In this document: positions 49,557-58,845 of the stretch, in pieces
How positions within the stretch are numbered: the stretch's first letter is position 1
Layout of the letters: each line of letters starts with the position of its first letter
Source of the DNA: Candidatus Nanohaloarchaea archaeon
GTDB lineage: Archaea > Nanohalarchaeota > Nanosalinia > Nanosalinales > Nanosalinaceae
DNA length: 64,000 bases
Assembly (NCBI GenBank): GCA_014297435.1
Contig: JACOQA010000001.1
Location: 64,001 to 128,000 of the forward strand
Direction: 5' to 3'
Position numbers and translations under genes: made by a program
The notes under the pieces: generated by a model
The model's database searches: none
The model's input: the letters and a program-made list of their open reading frames with translations, nothing else
What the model was told of the DNA's origin: nothing

Positions 49557-50165
49557 ATGAGCGAAGAAGAACTTCTAGTCGATCGCGACAAATACTTGAA
49601 GCACGGTGTACATATCGGAACGAAGTCGAAGCACACCGACATGGAGCCATACATCTTCCACGTAAAGAAGAACCAGCTAGCAGTACTAGACCTAAATACT
49701 ACAGACGAAAAGATCAGAGAAGTCGGAAACTTCCTATCCGAATACGACCCAAATGAAATTCTGGTTGTAGGAAGAAAAGAACTTGCAAGAAAGCCTATCA
49801 ACGCTTTCTCAGAAGCACTGGGGACCAAGCTTATCGCAGGACGCTTCATGCCAGGAACACTAACCAATCCTGAGTCCGACGACTTCATGGAGCCTGAAGT
49901 TGTAATCGTTACAGACCCTGAAGAAGATTTCCAAGCTATCAAAGAAGCAGCACAGTCGAACATTCCCGTGGTTGCGATCGCTGACTCCGGGAACGAACTG
50001 GAAAACATCGACCATGTTATCCCAGGGAACAACAAGGCAGAGAACTCGATCGGTCTTATCTACTACCTACTAGCTGAACAGGTAAAAGAAGCTAGAGGAG
50101 ACGACTTCGATTACGAGCTGATCGACTTCAGACCTGAACTAGAAATGGAAGACGAAGAGGAATAA
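49557..50165 (+). CDS. rps2: 30S ribosomal protein S2
   Basis: YL..GVHIGT, GRFMPGTLTNP, IPGNNK. Confidence 0.96.
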   Translation: MSEEELLVDRDKYLKHGVHIGTKSKHTDMEPYIFHVKKNQLAVLDLNTTDEKIREVGNFLSEYDPNEILVVGRKELARKPINAFSEALGTKLIAGRFMPGTLTNPESDDFMEPEVVIVTDPEEDFQAIKEAAQSNIPVVAIADSGNELENIDHVIPGNNKAENSIGLIYYLLAEQVKEARGDDFDYELIDFRPELEMEDEEE

Positions 50166-50239
50166 AGTCTCTTCATTTCTTCTCTACCAAATTTTAACTT
50201 CTTACCGTCGAAATGTTCCTCTAGAGGTTCTTGAGATAC

Positions 50240-50779
50240 ATGAACATTCTTTTGATTGTGGGAACAACCAGAGATGGAAGGAAGACTATCAGGGCGGCTG
50301 AAGCCGCAAGAAACCGTTTTGAACAAGAAGGTCATGAAGTAGAGTTCTTCGACCTTAAACAGAAGGAAATACCTTTCTTAGGGAACAGAACTTACATAGA
50401 AGAAGGACAAGTTCCGGAAGATATTCAGGATTTAAGTAACAAGGTCGAAGAGACGGACTGCCTGTTGATCATAACCCCTGAGTACAACCACTCTATTCCC
50501 GGCGCTTTGAAGAACGCTTTAGACTATCTTTACCCTGAGTACAACGATCTTCCGTTTGCTTACATAACTGACTCTGCTGGAGGTTTTGGAGGCGTAAGAG
50601 CTATGTCTCACCTTAATGATATCACGTTAGCTTTAGGTGGATATCCGGGACCATCCCTACAGATATCCAACATAAGTGAAGTACTTTCGAAGACAGGTGA
50701 AATAACTGAAGACGACTTTGAAGAACGACTTGATTCATTTGTAGAAGATGTTGAAAGTCAGGTTGCCAAACTCGGATAG
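50240..50779 (+). CDS. NADPH-dependent FMN reductase
   Basis: GTTRDGR, TPEYNHSIPGALKNALD, GG.GG.RA. Confidence 0.92.
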   Translation: MNILLIVGTTRDGRKTIRAAEAARNRFEQEGHEVEFFDLKQKEIPFLGNRTYIEEGQVPEDIQDLSNKVEETDCLLIITPEYNHSIPGALKNALDYLYPEYNDLPFAYITDSAGGFGGVRAMSHLNDITLALGGYPGPSLQISNISEVLSKTGEITEDDFEERLDSFVEDVESQVAKLG

Positions 50780-50824
50780 ACCCGAATATTTAAACTCGGG
50801 CTTTCACCAGTAGTTACTAGGATA

Positions 50825-51754
50825 ATGTTTGGATTCGGGGACAAAGACAAGGACAAGCTTGAGGAGAATATGGAGGAAATCAAGAATCTTATCAACCAGG
50901 ACGATTCAGCTGGACAGCAGAAGTCTCAGTCCGGTGAAGACTTTGAACAAGCCTTCGACTCGCCCGGATCTATGGAAACAGAGAGTCCGGATCAAGGGTT
51001 TGAACCTGTAAAAGATTCTCAACCACAAAATTCAGGTTCTCAAGAAGATCTTGAAGAGAACATACAAGAAGAGGTCGAGAAGTTCTCTGAAACCGTGGAA
51101 GATGAAACAGAAACAGCCCAAAACCAGCAATCTCAAGCCCCGCCTCAACAAAACGCGCCTCAAAAGAATCAAGAAACACAAAGCTTTGATCAACAACCTG
51201 TAAATCCTCAGCCACAGCCAAGTGGAGCTCAAGAAACCAGCAATCAGGTGCCAGAACCGAATACACAGAGCTTTGAGGATTCAGAAAAGCAAAAACCTGC
51301 TCCGAATACTCAACAGAGGGCTCAGTCTGATTTCGATGAAGAGTTCCAGAGCCAGAAAGGTCAGGAACAACCTACTAAACAGAGAGCACAGAGAACTCAA
51401 GAGCCAGAAAAGAACCAGCAGCGCCAAAAACAGGCGAGAAACAGATCCAGAAAAAATAACCAAGATTCCAGAAACCTTGATGAAAAGATTCCGGAACCTC
51501 CGAAAACGAAAGAGCTTGATGTCCCTGAGATCGAGAAAGGTCCGTTATTCATAAAGAGGCAGAAGTTCGAGAACGCACAGAGAATGATACAAGAGATGAG
51601 GTATCTTTCCGATGAGATCCAGAGTGTTATTAACATGCTTGAACAGGGTCTTGAAGAGGACAGAAAGACGGAGAAAGAGGCTCGAGAACTACTCCACAAC
51701 TTCGATGAGAACCGGAGAAATGTGGAACAAATTATACATCCCGGTGAAGAGTAG
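50825..51754 (+). CDS. Hypothetical protein with long Q/E/P-rich disordered region and C-terminal coiled coil
   Basis: Low-complexity middle; GPLFIK followed by heptads. Confidence 0.75.
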   Translation: MFGFGDKDKDKLEENMEEIKNLINQDDSAGQQKSQSGEDFEQAFDSPGSMETESPDQGFEPVKDSQPQNSGSQEDLEENIQEEVEKFSETVEDETETAQNQQSQAPPQQNAPQKNQETQSFDQQPVNPQPQPSGAQETSNQVPEPNTQSFEDSEKQKPAPNTQQRAQSDFDEEFQSQKGQEQPTKQRAQRTQEPEKNQQRQKQARNRSRKNNQDSRNLDEKIPEPPKTKELDVPEIEKGPLFIKRQKFENAQRMIQEMRYLSDEIQSVINMLEQGLEEDRKTEKEARELLHNFDENRRNVEQIIHPGEE

Positions 51755-51755
51755 A

Positions 51756-51932
51756 ATGGGTATTGAAGAAGCCAGAAACCTCAAACAACAGCTTGTAGAA
51801 GAGCTGGAAGCCATTCAACCGGAAACTGAGTCAAGGAAACATGAGCTAAATCTTCTTATCCGTGATCTTGAGGAAGAACTAGACTATATAGAATCGAGTA
51901 AATTAGCTGAGTTCGATCCGGAAAGAACCTAG
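51756..51932 (+). CDS. Small helical hypothetical protein (58 aa)
   Basis: ATG 1 nt after the upstream stop; MGIEEARNLKQQLVEEL... Confidence 0.6.
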   Translation: MGIEEARNLKQQLVEELEAIQPETESRKHELNLLIRDLEEELDYIESSKLAEFDPERT

Positions 51933-52051
51933 AAAGGAACGTTTTTCTTCTCGTTAAGGAAGGGGGAAAAATTTTATTAGCAGGATTGTCTTTGTCTATC
52001 TGAGCCACTCCCTCTTGATTCCATATAAAAAACTTTGATTCTAGTTTGGAT

Positions 52052-52084
52052 ACAAGCCTTGATGATCCAAGGTTGTGAAAGGTG
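52052..52084 (+). promoter_or_regulatory. Kink-turn in the L7Ae 5' UTR (autoregulatory element)
   Basis: GCCTT-GAT-GA-TC...GT-GA-AAGGT; stem covers SD AGGTG; TATAAAA at 52024-52030. Confidence 0.7.
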
Positions 52085-52095
52085 TTTAACCAATA

Positions 52096-52470
52096 ATGGC
52101 ATACCAGAAATTTGAACCATCGGATACTCTAGCAGAACAAACCTACAACGCAATCGAAAAAGCTGACGACTCAGGGAAGGTCGTTGTCGGAACCAACGAA
52201 GTAACAAAGGCTATTGAAAGAAATGAAGCTGAGCTTGTTGTTATCGCAAACGATGTTTCTCCTGAAGAGATCGTTATGCATCTTCCTGCACTTGCAGACG
52301 AGAAAGACACAGCATTCACTTTCGTACCTGAGAAAGAAGAGCTTGGTCTTGCTGCAGGAATCGGTGTACAGTCGGCAGCTATCGCAGTCACTTCTGTCGG
52401 ACAGGCAGAGGACGAGATTGACGACGTAAAGCTAAAATCCCGTGAACTGCTTGAAAAAGACGAGGAATAA
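52096..52470 (+). CDS. rpl7ae: 50S ribosomal protein L7Ae
   Basis: GTNEVTKAIER, LVVIA.DVSPEEIV.HLP, ELG.AAG. Confidence 0.96.
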   Translation: MAYQKFEPSDTLAEQTYNAIEKADDSGKVVVGTNEVTKAIERNEAELVVIANDVSPEEIVMHLPALADEKDTAFTFVPEKEELGLAAGIGVQSAAIAVTSVGQAEDEIDDVKLKSRELLEKDEE

Positions 52471-52476
52471 CGTATA

Positions 52477-52653
52477 ATGGTCGCAGCAAAAGTCGTAGAG
52501 GTAATGGGGGATCAGGGTCACAGAACGGTCCGAAAGCTCCGATGCCGAATCCTTGAAGGAGACGAGGAAGGAAAGATCCTCGTAAGAAACGTAAGAGGAC
52601 CTATCAGGGAAGACGACGTTGTCCACATTAAAGAGACGGAGATGGAGGGATAA
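52477..52653 (+). CDS. rps28e: 30S ribosomal protein S28e (absent from the ORF track)
   Basis: A.VVEVMG...V....CRILEG...G.I.VRNVRGPIRE.D. Confidence 0.93.
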   Translation: MVAAKVVEVMGDQGHRTVRKLRCRILEGDEEGKILVRNVRGPIREDDVVHIKETEMEG

Positions 52654-52656
52654 AAG

Positions 52657-52809
52657 ATGGAATGTGCATACTGTGGAGAAGAACTCAAGAAGACTGAAGG
52701 AAAGATGTTGGTTCTTTCCTCAGGTGAGAAAGTTCACTTCTGCTCCGGTAAATGTGAGAAGAACTTCAAGAAGGGCAGAAGCCACACTTACGGAAACAAG
52801 GACGAGTAA
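52657..52809 (+). CDS. rpl24e: 50S ribosomal protein L24e (absent from the ORF track)
   Basis: CAYCG......G.M.V...G....FCS.KCEKNF. Confidence 0.93.
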   Translation: MECAYCGEELKKTEGKMLVLSSGEKVHFCSGKCEKNFKKGRSHTYGNKDE

Positions 52810-52903
52810 AGTCCTTCCGTTTTTACCATTTTAATTTCTCTCAACTTCACGCCTCTCAATTTATAACTTTAAAGTTCTCTCAGTTACTAGGAGGGAACCC
52901 TCG

Positions 52904-54658
52904 ATGCCTCGACAACCGATTCTATCAGTTCTAGGACATGTTGATTCAGGAAAGACAACCTTACTTGACAGAATTAGAGAGTCAAAGATTACTGAAGGCG
53001 AGGCAGGCGGAATCACCCAAATGATAGGTGCTACAGAGGTACCTCTCGAAACAGTTGACGATGTATGTGGTCCACTTCTAGACCAACTGGATACGGAATT
53101 AACAATACCAGGAATACTCTTCATCGATACTCCAGGTCACGCAGCCTTTTCATCCCTAAGAAAACGTGGAGGCTCCATAAGCGACATCGCAGTACTTGTA
53201 ATAGACATCCGGCAGGGAATTCAGCCCCAGACAGAGGAAGCGATACGGATTCTCAAGGACTCAGGCACGCCTTTCGTAATAGCTTTGAACAAGATCGATA
53301 CTCTTCACGGCTGGCAAAGCGAAGATCAGATCTTCTCAAAAAACATCAAGAACCAGAACGACAGGAACAAGAATGCATTAGACGAGAAAGTCTACGAGAT
53401 AATGGGCGAGCTTCATGAAAACTACGAAATAACGGCGGACAGGTTCGACCGTGTCGATTCATTCCAGGAGAAGGTAGCGATGGTTCCTATCTCAGCTATG
53501 ACTGGTGAAGGGATACCTGAACTACTGATGGTTCTTGCTGGACTCTCACAGAACTACCTGGCGGACAGACTAGAAGTGCACGAAGGTGTTGGCAGAGGCA
53601 CAGTACTCGAAGTATCACAGGAAAAAGGTCTCGGAACAACAATCGACGTAATTCATTATGACGGTCTAATTTCCAAGGAGGACAATCTTGTATATGGTAC
53701 TTCTGATGGTGTTGAAGTCACGGAGATAAGAGCTTTACTAGAACCTAAACCGCTACAGGAAATACGTGTTGATAAACACTATGATCGTGTTGATGAGGTT
53801 CACCCTGCTTCAGGTATAAAGATTGCAGGGAAAGAACTTGAGAACGTTATTTCAGGCGCACCCGTAAGAACTGCTTCTGATGAAGAACTTGAAGAAGCAA
53901 AAGAAGAAGTTGAGGAAGAGCTTGAATCGGTTGACTTCGAAACCCAGAAACATGGGGTTGTAGTAAAGGCTGACTCTCTCGGCTCTCTTGAAGCAGTGAT
54001 GAGGGAAATAGGAGATATATCGGTTCAGAAAGCAGACGTCGGTCCTATAACAAAGAGCGATGTAATTAATGTACAGAACGAGGAGCCTGAGGAAAGAGCT
54101 ATACTGGCTTTCAACGTTAAGATGACCGATCAAGGCGAAAAAGCTATCGAAGACGAAGGAATCCAGGTTTTCTCGAGCGAAGTTATCTATGAAATTGTCG
54201 AAAACTACGAGGAATGGAAAGAAGAGCTTAAGGAAAAGAACAGGGAGGAAAGACTTAACTCGATATCAAGACCAGCTAAGATAAGGTCGATGCCTGATCA
54301 CGTCTTCAACCAGTCAAAACCAGCCGTTGTAGGTGTGAAAGTTGTTGAAGGTGTCTTGACTCCGGGAAGCGTTTTGATGTCAATGGATGGCGACAGGATC
54401 GGACGTGTAAAATCGGTTCAAGCCGAAAACGATTCCCTGGATAAGGCAGAAAGAGGTACAGAAGTAGCAGTTTCGATCTCCGGCGCAACAGTCGGAAGAA
54501 GCTTTGAAGAAGGAGACACAATGATTGTAGATGTTTCGGGCGACGATTACCGTGAATTAAGGCAGCTTGACGATCTTTTAGAGGAAGGAGAGAAAAATGT
54601 TTTAGAAGAGATTGTCGAGATAAAGGATAGTAAGGATCCTCACTGGAAAATCGGATAA
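52904..54658 (+). CDS. infB: Translation initiation factor IF-2 (aIF5B)
   Basis: GHVDSGKT, GEAGGITQ, DTPGH, NKID, KADSLGSLEA. Confidence 0.97.
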   Translation: MPRQPILSVLGHVDSGKTTLLDRIRESKITEGEAGGITQMIGATEVPLETVDDVCGPLLDQLDTELTIPGILFIDTPGHAAFSSLRKRGGSISDIAVLVIDIRQGIQPQTEEAIRILKDSGTPFVIALNKIDTLHGWQSEDQIFSKNIKNQNDRNKNALDEKVYEIMGELHENYEITADRFDRVDSFQEKVAMVPISAMTGEGIPELLMVLAGLSQNYLADRLEVHEGVGRGTVLEVSQEKGLGTTIDVIHYDGLISKEDNLVYGTSDGVEVTEIRALLEPKPLQEIRVDKHYDRVDEVHPASGIKIAGKELENVISGAPVRTASDEELEEAKEEVEEELESVDFETQKHGVVVKADSLGSLEAVMREIGDISVQKADVGPITKSDVINVQNEEPEERAILAFNVKMTDQGEKAIEDEGIQVFSSEVIYEIVENYEEWKEELKEKNREERLNSISRPAKIRSMPDHVFNQSKPAVVGVKVVEGVLTPGSVLMSMDGDRIGRVKSVQAENDSLDKAERGTEVAVSISGATVGRSFEEGDTMIVDVSGDDYRELRQLDDLLEEGEKNVLEEIVEIKDSKDPHWKIG

Positions 54659-54667
54659 AAAAATTTT

Positions 54668-55459
54668 CTATTCTGTTTTTGATCTGAACTTCTGACGTGT
54701 TTCAGGTCCGAAGTGCATTAATTCGTAATGAGCTCTAAATTCTTTTGATAGACCCCAACTCATAGGATGATAATAAGGTCCTAAAACTGCGTGCTGTGCT
54801 CCGGCAACATGACCCCAATTATGGATAAGCTGGTTGCCTACGTACTCCCAAGAACGAGTATTAGATACAGCGAAAACATCTTCCTCAACCTTTGTGCCTT
54901 TGTAATCTCCGAACTCGGTGTCAAAAGGTCCCGCTAAACCAGTATACCCATTCTCCATAGTGGATCCTAGCATCCTCTTAATCTCTTTGTAGGCTTCGTT
55001 ATCTTCGTTGTCAAGTTGTTTCACTCCTGATGACTTGATTTTCTCCATGACTTCCTCATCGGGTTCGAGCCTGTAGAAATTGAGATCTACCTCTATGTCT
55101 CCCAGAGATTCGAAGTAGGGCTCAAGTTCAGTAGCTGCATCTTCAAGACCTTTCGGCTCCATGCTTATTCCGACCATTTCGGGATTAAACGGTAGATCGG
55201 ATCTCTGTCCTCCAACTGCTTCATCAAAAACGTAGATATTAACCTGGTTCTCTCCTTTCATCACTTCCTGTGCTTCTTCAGTACCGTGTTTGCTTGAGAG
55301 ACCTAATTCATCGACACCTATCTGTCTATAGGCATTGATAGCGGTATCGGAAGAATGGAATCCGGTCCAGTACTTTAGACCTATACCTGTCTTGCCGAAA
55401 AACTCTCTACGACTCATCGAGGTCAGAGGATTAAACGAACCACGTTCATCGTCTTTCAT
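54668..55459 (-). CDS. Hypothetical metzincin-like protein with variant zinc motif
   Basis: HNWGHVAGAQH followed by Met-turn-like HPMSW; SRREFF near the N-terminus. Confidence 0.55.
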   Translation of the reverse strand: MKDDERGSFNPLTSMSRREFFGKTGIGLKYWTGFHSSDTAINAYRQIGVDELGLSSKHGTEEAQEVMKGENQVNIYVFDEAVGGQRSDLPFNPEMVGISMEPKGLEDAATELEPYFESLGDIEVDLNFYRLEPDEEVMEKIKSSGVKQLDNEDNEAYKEIKRMLGSTMENGYTGLAGPFDTEFGDYKGTKVEEDVFAVSNTRSWEYVGNQLIHNWGHVAGAQHAVLGPYYHPMSWGLSKEFRAHYELMHFGPETRQKFRSKTE

Positions 55460-55635
55460 CCTTCAGAGAATATGGTTAGAAACCTTTAGAATCTTTGGAT
55501 GGACTCCTTGCCTTTTCACTCCCCGAACACCGTTAGAGGCATTACAGCCAACACTCTATATGTTTTACAGTGTTAAACAACGTTTAAATAATTAGAATTT
55601 TCCAACTCACCACTCTTTTCGAGATAGGAACACTA

Positions 55636-56193
55636 TTAAGAATTACTTCTTACATATCGGTTGACCATTTCCTGCATCTTCTCAATATTCTCGTCGCTGT
55701 AGGAACGCATCAACAAATCAAGTTCAGTTTCTTCGGAATTAACCTGCTCTAAATCATATTCTAATTCCATAGACAATCCTGAACCTGAATAAACGCCGTC
55801 TTCCGTCTCCTCTAAACCAAAGCTTCCTGTAGCAAACTTCATAAACTGGTCAACAGCCTCAGTCGTTCCAGGAACAGTTTCTTGATATCTAACTTCTCTA
55901 ATATCTGCCACCTCATTAACATCAATAGCATCAGCTTTCCAAACAGTTAGATTTGAAGGAGGAATATCTGCTTCTACCATATCTTCTACCATTTCATCTA
56001 TATTATCTGTTCTTACTGCTCTAACGCTTCCTGGAATAACAGTTTGCTCTTCCGAATGAGATTCTACGTGATACTCAAATCTCTTTCTCTCATCCTCGCT
56101 ATCATAGGCATCAACAACTACAAATTCATCTGCACCTTCATCTCCTTCTTCAAGCCACTCCTCAAAAGATTCTCTCCTATTTTCCTTAGGCAT
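55636..56193 (-). CDS. Hypothetical acidic protein
   Basis: 185-aa ORF with A/T-rich codons, next to tRNA-Ala. Confidence 0.7.
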   Translation of the reverse strand: MPKENRRESFEEWLEEGDEGADEFVVVDAYDSEDERKRFEYHVESHSEEQTVIPGSVRAVRTDNIDEMVEDMVEADIPPSNLTVWKADAIDVNEVADIREVRYQETVPGTTEAVDQFMKFATGSFGLEETEDGVYSGSGLSMELEYDLEQVNSEETELDLLMRSYSDENIEKMQEMVNRYVRSNS

Positions 56194-56294
56194 ATGTTAC
56201 TTTCAGATAACAAAATTTAAATACATTTGGCGAGTGGCTGATAACATCAACACCAAACCAGAGAAGAGGAAGAAATCCGAATACGGGGTAAGTT

Positions 56295-56369
56295 TGGACT
56301 CTCTGGGATTTGAACCCAGGGCCTTCTCCGTGCCAGGGAGACGTTCTCGCCAGACTGAACTAAGAGCCC
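56295..56369 (-). tRNA. tRNA-Ala(GGC)
   Basis: GGGCTCT/AGAGTCC-A with G3:U70, TCTCC-CTGGCAC-GGAGA. Confidence 0.95.
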
Positions 56370-56444
56370 TTACTCTGTATTAAACCAAATATTGAGGTAA
56401 AGCCTAAATAACCCATGAACTCTCAGAGTATATTAAGTGTTTAA

Positions 56445-57179
56445 TCAGGAAGAAATATTCTTGGTTTCACTGACGTATTTATCGGCGAGTCTTGTAGGTT
56501 CAGGAAGCTTATATCCGTCACATAATTCTTGAACTATATCTACAGAGGTTTCAGCGGAGACTCTGTGACCGGGAGATATGTAGAGTGGGTTGATTCTTTT
56601 TGATTTAGGATACTGGCGTGATTGGAAAGAATATCCAATAGTTGATTCATTCGCTGTCTCTACTTTGCTATCTGCCTGAATCGGCACACGTTCTCCCTGT
56701 TCAAGATTATCTACTTTTCCTGTTGTTCGACCACAGAGAAGGTTTTTGGCTACTCCGATACTCGGTTTATCGTAAAGAACTCCTACATGTGTGGCGATAC
56801 CGGCTTCTCGGAAATGTATGTGTCCGGAGCCGTCAAGCATCAAGAGATCAGGTTCAATATGCAATTTGTCAAGTGCCGCGACCATTGAAGGCATCTCTCG
56901 AAAAGCCAACAAGCCAGGGATGTAAGGCATTTTCAGTTCTGATACTCCGTGAACCTTCTCAATTACTTCACCGTCTTTCATGGCGACAGCAGCACTGAAA
57001 GCTTTTTCGTCCAGAAATGCCTGATCTATACCGACAACCATTTTGTCTCTAACATTTTCTGCGTTAAAACATTTGCTGTCCTTGGAAAGTGCCTTGCTGC
57101 TTATTTTTCTCTGAAGCTCTTCCATCTCCTCTCTGTTGGATGCTTTTTCTGGAAGGAACTTTTCGTTCGTAATTCTCAT
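56445..57179 (-). CDS. nfi: Endonuclease V
   Basis: GIDQAF, PYIPGLLAFRE, LDGSG.IH.R.AGIA.H.G, SIGVAK, PLYISPGH, KLPEPTR.AD. Confidence 0.95.
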   Translation of the reverse strand: MRITNEKFLPEKASNREEMEELQRKISSKALSKDSKCFNAENVRDKMVVGIDQAFLDEKAFSAAVAMKDGEVIEKVHGVSELKMPYIPGLLAFREMPSMVAALDKLHIEPDLLMLDGSGHIHFREAGIATHVGVLYDKPSIGVAKNLLCGRTTGKVDNLEQGERVPIQADSKVETANESTIGYSFQSRQYPKSKRINPLYISPGHRVSAETSVDIVQELCDGYKLPEPTRLADKYVSETKNISS

Positions 57180-57380
57180 AATTAGGTCTGTCGCCCGTAG
57201 TGAACACCTACGACTTCTATAGTTCTCAGGTTTTCAGTTCTTCTCGTACATTCTTCGACGTTTAAAACATCCACCTTGCATTCGTAACAACTCGTTATTT
57301 CGAATATGTAAGAAAATCTTTAAGTATAATTCGAAATGTTAGAATAGAATTGTTTTAATGTTTGTATTTCGATATAAAAT

Positions 57381-57404
57381 TACGAGTTTCGAAGTTAATT
57401 TAAA
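57381..57404 (+). promoter_or_regulatory. Putative Lrp operator plus TATA box of dapA
   Basis: TACGAGTTTCGAA 5 nt upstream of TTTAAA; same arrangement before the lrp gene. Confidence 0.45.
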
Positions 57405-57445
57405 GATTCGGCAAACACTGTACGAATACTGGTGAAATCGAAAAA

Positions 57446-58387
57446 ATGACAGAATTTGAACCTACGGGTATCTACCCTGCGGTACCTACCGCAATAGACG
57501 ATGATGGGTCTATAAATTACGATGCACAGCAAAACCATCTAGACTATCTAGAACGAAACGGTGTGCAAGGCGCTGTATTGGCAGGTTGTACGGGTCATGC
57601 AGCAACTCTAGGCGATAGACCGGGCGAAGACTTCTACGATGAACACGTTGAGTTTGTCGCGAAAAATACTGAGGCAACCGATCTTCCAATAATCGCCGGG
57701 GACGGTATGAATTCGACAGCACAGACTATAGAGCTGGCGCAGAGGATTGAGGAAGAAGCGGATATCGAAGCACACTTAATGATATCGCCTTACCAGAACT
57801 GTCCTCCACAAGACCTGAACGTGAGGCATTACGAAGAGGTTGCGTCGGAGCTTGACGAACCTATCATAGCTTACAACGTGCCGGGAAGAACAGGCAGAAA
57901 CCTTGAGCCGGACACTATTATGGAACTTGCAGATACTCCGGGAGTTATCGGAGTAAAGGAAGCATCAAACGATCCTGAACAGATAAGAGAGATCGGTAGA
58001 AGGCTGGAAGAGATTGGTAATGAAGACTTCTTCTTTGGTTCTGGAGATGACGCCAGAAACCACTTGGTATATGATGTCGGAGGTAGCTTCGCCATCAGTG
58101 TATCTGGGAACATCGCTCCAGAGGAAACAGTAGAGGTATGGGAAAAAGGCTACCGGAATAATGATTCTGAAATAGCAGAACAGCTCAACAATGACATGGA
58201 TGATATCCACGAGGCTATGTTCCAGGAGGGGGAGAAGAACCCGATATCTGTTCAGTATGCGGTCAATCAGTTAGGTTTCGACTTCGGAACCCCAAGAATG
58301 CCGCTTGACAGAGAGCCTAGAGAAGATGAAGAGTTCAACAATAGAACAGAGATAGAGGATGTTATGGCGAGTCACGACCTTATCTAA
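57446..58387 (+). CDS. dapA: 4-hydroxy-tetrahydrodipicolinate synthase (DapA family)
   Basis: GCTG (GxTG), YNVPGRTG, Schiff-base GVKEAS, SGDD, NPI.V. Confidence 0.8.
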   Translation: MTEFEPTGIYPAVPTAIDDDGSINYDAQQNHLDYLERNGVQGAVLAGCTGHAATLGDRPGEDFYDEHVEFVAKNTEATDLPIIAGDGMNSTAQTIELAQRIEEEADIEAHLMISPYQNCPPQDLNVRHYEEVASELDEPIIAYNVPGRTGRNLEPDTIMELADTPGVIGVKEASNDPEQIREIGRRLEEIGNEDFFFGSGDDARNHLVYDVGGSFAISVSGNIAPEETVEVWEKGYRNNDSEIAEQLNNDMDDIHEAMFQEGEKNPISVQYAVNQLGFDFGTPRMPLDREPREDEEFNNRTEIEDVMASHDLI

Positions 58388-58794
58388 TCTATCTCTCTCT
58401 TCTTCATTATCATAAAGGTCCTTGTGGACTTTACGTCTTCGAGTTCTCTTATTCTGTCTACGACCTCGTTTATCTTCTCTGAAGAAGATCTTGACAGCTC
58501 TATCGAAAGATCATATTCTCCAGCAAGTTCCTTAATTTTTAGCTTAGACGGAAAGTTCTCGATGAGTTCATCGATGTCAGCTTGTGTTGAAAGCTCAACC
58601 ATAACTTCGGCAGATACTTCTGAGTCTGATGAAACCTCAACGGTAAACTTCTCAATCACACTTTTCTCCTGCAATCTTTCGACACGGTTCCTTACTGTTC
58701 CCTCTGAAACACCTATTTTTTCAGCGACTCTGGTGTACGAAGCTCTTCCGTCTTCTTCAAGTATTTCCAGGATTTTCCTGTCGGTCTCGTCCAT
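58384..58794 (-). CDS. Lrp/AsnC family transcriptional regulator
   Basis: MDETDRKIL..L..DGR.SY..VA..IGVSEGTVRNRV; GEYD. Confidence 0.95.
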   Translation of the reverse strand: MDETDRKILEILEEDGRASYTRVAEKIGVSEGTVRNRVERLQEKSVIEKFTVEVSSDSEVSAEVMVELSTQADIDELIENFPSKLKIKELAGEYDLSIELSRSSSEKINEVVDRIRELEDVKSTRTFMIMKKREID

Positions 58795-58819
58795 AAAAAT
58801 ACTTTTTGTGTAGGAAATT

Positions 58820-58843
58820 GTTAAAGTTTCTTCGAACTTCGAA
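58820..58843 (-). promoter_or_regulatory. Putative Lrp operator plus TATA-like box of the lrp gene
   Basis: Minus strand TTCGAAGTTCGAA-GAAAC-TTTAAC. Confidence 0.45.
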
Positions 58844-58845
58844 GT

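Noticed and set aside
55550-55588. Short inverted repeats AACACT/AGTGTT and TTAAAC/GTTTAA
   Set aside because: 6-bp arms in AT-rich DNA are expected by chance
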